Of a stretch of 64,000 nt of DNA, positions 63,224-64,000 are shown piece after piece (the stretch's first letter is position 1; the number at the start of each line of letters is the position of its first letter). The notes under the pieces are model-generated. The model was not told where the DNA came from and did no database searches. It saw only the letters and a list, made by a program, of their open reading frames with translations. The stretch comes from Octopus bimaculoides (lineage: Eukaryota): NCBI RefSeq assembly GCF_001194135.2, contig NC_068984.1, positions 132,582,256 through 132,646,255 of the forward strand, in the 5' to 3' direction. The translations under genes were made by a program, and so were the position numbers.

Positions 63224-63814
63224 CGTCATCATTTAACATTCACTTTCCATGCTAGCATGGGTTGGACGGTTTGACTGAGGACTGGCTAGCCAGAAGGCTG
63301 CACCAGGCTCCGATCTGATCTGGCAAAGTTTCTACAGCTGTATGCTCTTCCTAACGCCAACCACTCTGAGAGTGTAGTGGGTGCTTTTATATGCCACTGG
63401 CATGAGGGCCAGTCAGGCAGTACTGGCAACGGAAACATTCAAAAATTGTTTTTTACATGCCACCTGCAAGGGAACCAGTCTGGCGGCACTGGCAATGATA
63501 TATTAATTTATTATTGCCAAGGCAATGTCTAATAACATTGTTTTTTTTTTTTTCTTTCTTTTCTTTTGAAGATCAACAACTCGAAAAATATCAAGCCAGC
63601 AGATTCCAAAAAATAGAATTGGTAAGTTGATTTACCAACGTTTTGATTTTTATTATAGATTTTTTTTCTACATTTTGAGGATAAGACATTTATGGGTGTA
63701 ATTTTTCTCTTCGTAGTGTCTGTTGCTGGGAAAATGGCTGCCACACGATTTGTTTCAACGAAAATGAAAGATGTGCCTTCATTGAAAATTGCCTCAAACA
63801 AGCCATGGCGTTGA
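44838..63814 (+). CDS. CCP110: Centriolar coiled-coil protein of 110 kDa (CP110), 13 exons, ~1153 aa
   Basis: join(44838..44881,47697..47874,48961..49068,49918..51375,52717..53449,55850..56199,57239..57343,57911..57982,59446..59553,61204..61262,61882..61980,63572..63621,63717..63814), phase-consistent. CP110-like segments: IKINGVPILPPILDDAEREEMRQYR (cf. IRFHGVAILSPLL), AAIKGFLTRRLL (IQ-like; cf. AVAKGFLTRRLM), LDAARLDIHDIFF..ERMNII (cf. LRAALYGIHDIFF..ERMSIL), ISSATQKYL (cf. LSAATQKSL). Confidence 0.88.
46723..47304. mobile_element. hAT-type MITE (same family) with nested RTE-tail repeat
   Basis: TIRs taatgtttctcaacc / ggttgaaaaccattg; TSD gcttaacg / gcttaact; ~46845-47172 is an inserted repeat. 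Confidence 0.8.
47697..47874 (+). CDS. CCP110: CCP110 exon 2
   Basis: tttcag|c caa aac ... cct cca att|gtaagt; ends YVSCIKINGVPILPPI. Confidence 0.88.
47985..48500. repeat. ~125-bp unit, three diverged copies, in CCP110 intron 2
   Basis: acattcaca..cttcccttgta..cacatatactca..gagttgaaa..ctgtttgattttt..cagcattgaa repeated at ~47990, ~48110 and ~48365. Confidence 0.75.
48961..49068 (+). CDS. CCP110: CCP110 exon 3
   Basis: aag|LDDAEREEMRQYRDEAVRRMQQRNQRKRTLTDTSAS|gtaagt. Confidence 0.88.
49918..51375 (+). CDS. CCP110: CCP110 exon 4 (1458 nt, Ser/Asn/Pro-rich)
   Basis: tttcag|att aac ... aca caa|gtaagt; 486 open codons, in frame with listed ORF 50254..51471. Confidence 0.88.
52055..52266 (+). 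mobile_element. tRNA-derived SINE family C (central gcctttcatcctttcggggtcgataaa block, Deu/Nin-domain-like)
   Basis: gcaagctggcagtatcgttagcacgctgggcgaaatgcttagc...; copies at 4976-5178(+), 5190-5345(-), 10153-10372(+), 11845-12032(-), 20775-20910(-), 44230-44430(-), 51620-51812(-), 51833-52030(+), 56900-57090(+). Confidence 0.85.
52278..52550 (-). mobile_element. High-copy (GAT)n-tailed RTE-associated repeat (family D)
   Basis: catcatcatcgtttaacgtccgctttccatgctagcatgggttggacg...; copies near 18320, 24086, 26493, 27494, 33235, 40660, 46850, 47377, 48640, 55005, 59110, 62515, 63000, 63223. Confidence 0.9.
52717..53449 (+). CDS. CCP110: CCP110 exon 5 (733 nt)
   Basis: ttccag|acc agt ... ttc aaa g|gtaaca; in frame with ORF 52783..53613; contains IRRGSYTL. 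Confidence 0.88.
53512..53975 (+). mobile_element. SINE family B spanning an N-gap
   Basis: Head 53512-53627 and tail 53775-53975 match the 58428 copy. Confidence 0.88.
55850..56199 (+). CDS. CCP110: CCP110 exon 6 (coiled coil)
   Basis: tttcag|ct tct ... att aag|gtatgt; KRQSFMKMQQQFREYEEQFEEEYQ. Confidence 0.88.
57239..57343 (+). CDS. CCP110: CCP110 exon 7 (IQ-like motif)
   Basis: tag|TDQDPASVIGAAIKGFLTRRLLSCPKVEALRKTIY|gtgagt. Confidence 0.9.
57911..57982 (+). CDS. CCP110: CCP110 exon 8
   Basis: tttag|ECLKLLSETNDSSNLDLITRLNNQ|gtaagt. Confidence 0.85.
58428..58825 (+). mobile_element. tRNA-derived SINE family B (internal (TA)/(TG) tract, gtaaaaga tail)
   Basis: ggagtggctgtgtggtaagtagcttgcttaccaaccacatggttctgggttcagtccc...; other copies at 1194-1329(-), 2842-3000(-), 17645-17733(+), 53512-53975(+), 60490-60866(-), 62370-62882(-); older variants at 14417, 21176, 29965, 32500. 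Confidence 0.9.
59446..59553 (+). CDS. CCP110: CCP110 exon 9
   Basis: cttag|LDAARLDIHDIFFEMTTQERMNIIHQSRILAARKLQ|gtaaaa. Confidence 0.9.
59653..60249. mobile_element. piggyBac-like MITE (TTAA flanks) split by a SINE
   Basis: TTAA|cacttcaccatttaaac ... gctaaaagg|TTAA; related copies at 17445-17616, 21766-21974 and ~27415-27490 with ccctttagcatt/aatgctaaaggg ends. Confidence 0.65.
59850..60218 (-). mobile_element. tRNA-derived SINE family A, full length
   Basis: Reverse complement of the 37651 copy; inserted into a TTAA MITE. Confidence 0.92.
61204..61262 (+). CDS. CCP110: CCP110 exon 10
   Basis: aag|ARPQQISSATQKYLMRKNQ at|gtatccttt (U12-type donor). Confidence 0.82.
61263..61881 (+). other. 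U12-type (minor spliceosome) GT-AG intron of CCP110
   Basis: Donor GTATCCTTT; branch-site-like taCCTTAAT at 61863-61871, about 10 nt before the AG; no polypyrimidine tract. Confidence 0.8.
61882..61980 (+). CDS. CCP110: CCP110 exon 11
   Basis: ccttaat...cag|a aac cag ... cca aca ag|gtaagt; open frame, phase 2 to phase 2. Confidence 0.75.
63572..63621 (+). CDS. CCP110: CCP110 exon 12
   Basis: long T tract, gaag|a tca aca ... aga att g|gtaagt; STTRKISSQQIPKNRI. Confidence 0.75.
63717..63814 (+). CDS. CCP110: CCP110 exon 13 (terminal)
   Basis: cgtag|tg tct ... aag cca tgg cgt tga; VSVAGKMAATRFVSTKMKDVPSLKIASNKPWR*. Confidence 0.75.
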
Positions 63815-64000
63815 TTAGATCATTTTCATGTGTTTCATCTAAGTCATATTTCAAATTTTATCTGTGATAACAAGAGAACTAATTAATCTTATTTATATTT
63901 GTTGGACACATTAAATGCCATGCTATGGTATTCACTGATAGCAGTAACATGTGTTGTGTCGGGGAGAACATGTACAATTTGTGGCTTGTTAAAATGATTT

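Noticed and set aside
1-64000. CRISPR arrays, rRNA genes, prokaryotic systems
   Set aside because: No regularly spaced repeat-spacer arrays or rRNA similarity; the sequence is intron-rich eukaryotic DNA

Overview
AT-rich, microsatellite- and SINE-dense eukaryotic DNA with scaffold N-gaps. The repeat landscape looks like an octopus/coleoid cephalopod genome (inference). Three complete spliced genes were rebuilt by hand with phase-consistent splice junctions: TMA7 (+, 4 exons, 12658-17877, 64 aa), folliculin FLCN (-, 9 coding exons, 34157-24263, 536 aa) and centriolar CCP110/CP110 (+, 13 exons, 44838-63814, ~1153 aa). There are also two unidentified gene candidates: three phase-compatible exons at 40067-41105 (+) and a probable first coding exon at 6053-5991 (-). 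The rest is tRNA-derived SINEs, RTE and CR1 LINE fragments, mariner/maT relics, hAT, piggyBac-like and mariner MITEs, and an LTR-like insert. Most notable observations: a U12-type minor-spliceosome intron in CCP110; a tRNA-headed SINE carrying a minimal Penelope-type hammerhead ribozyme motif, present as an inverted pair in a FLCN intron; and a 311-bp TG..CA insert whose removal restores a 160-codon ORF. All homology calls come from recalled sequence knowledge; no database searches were run.
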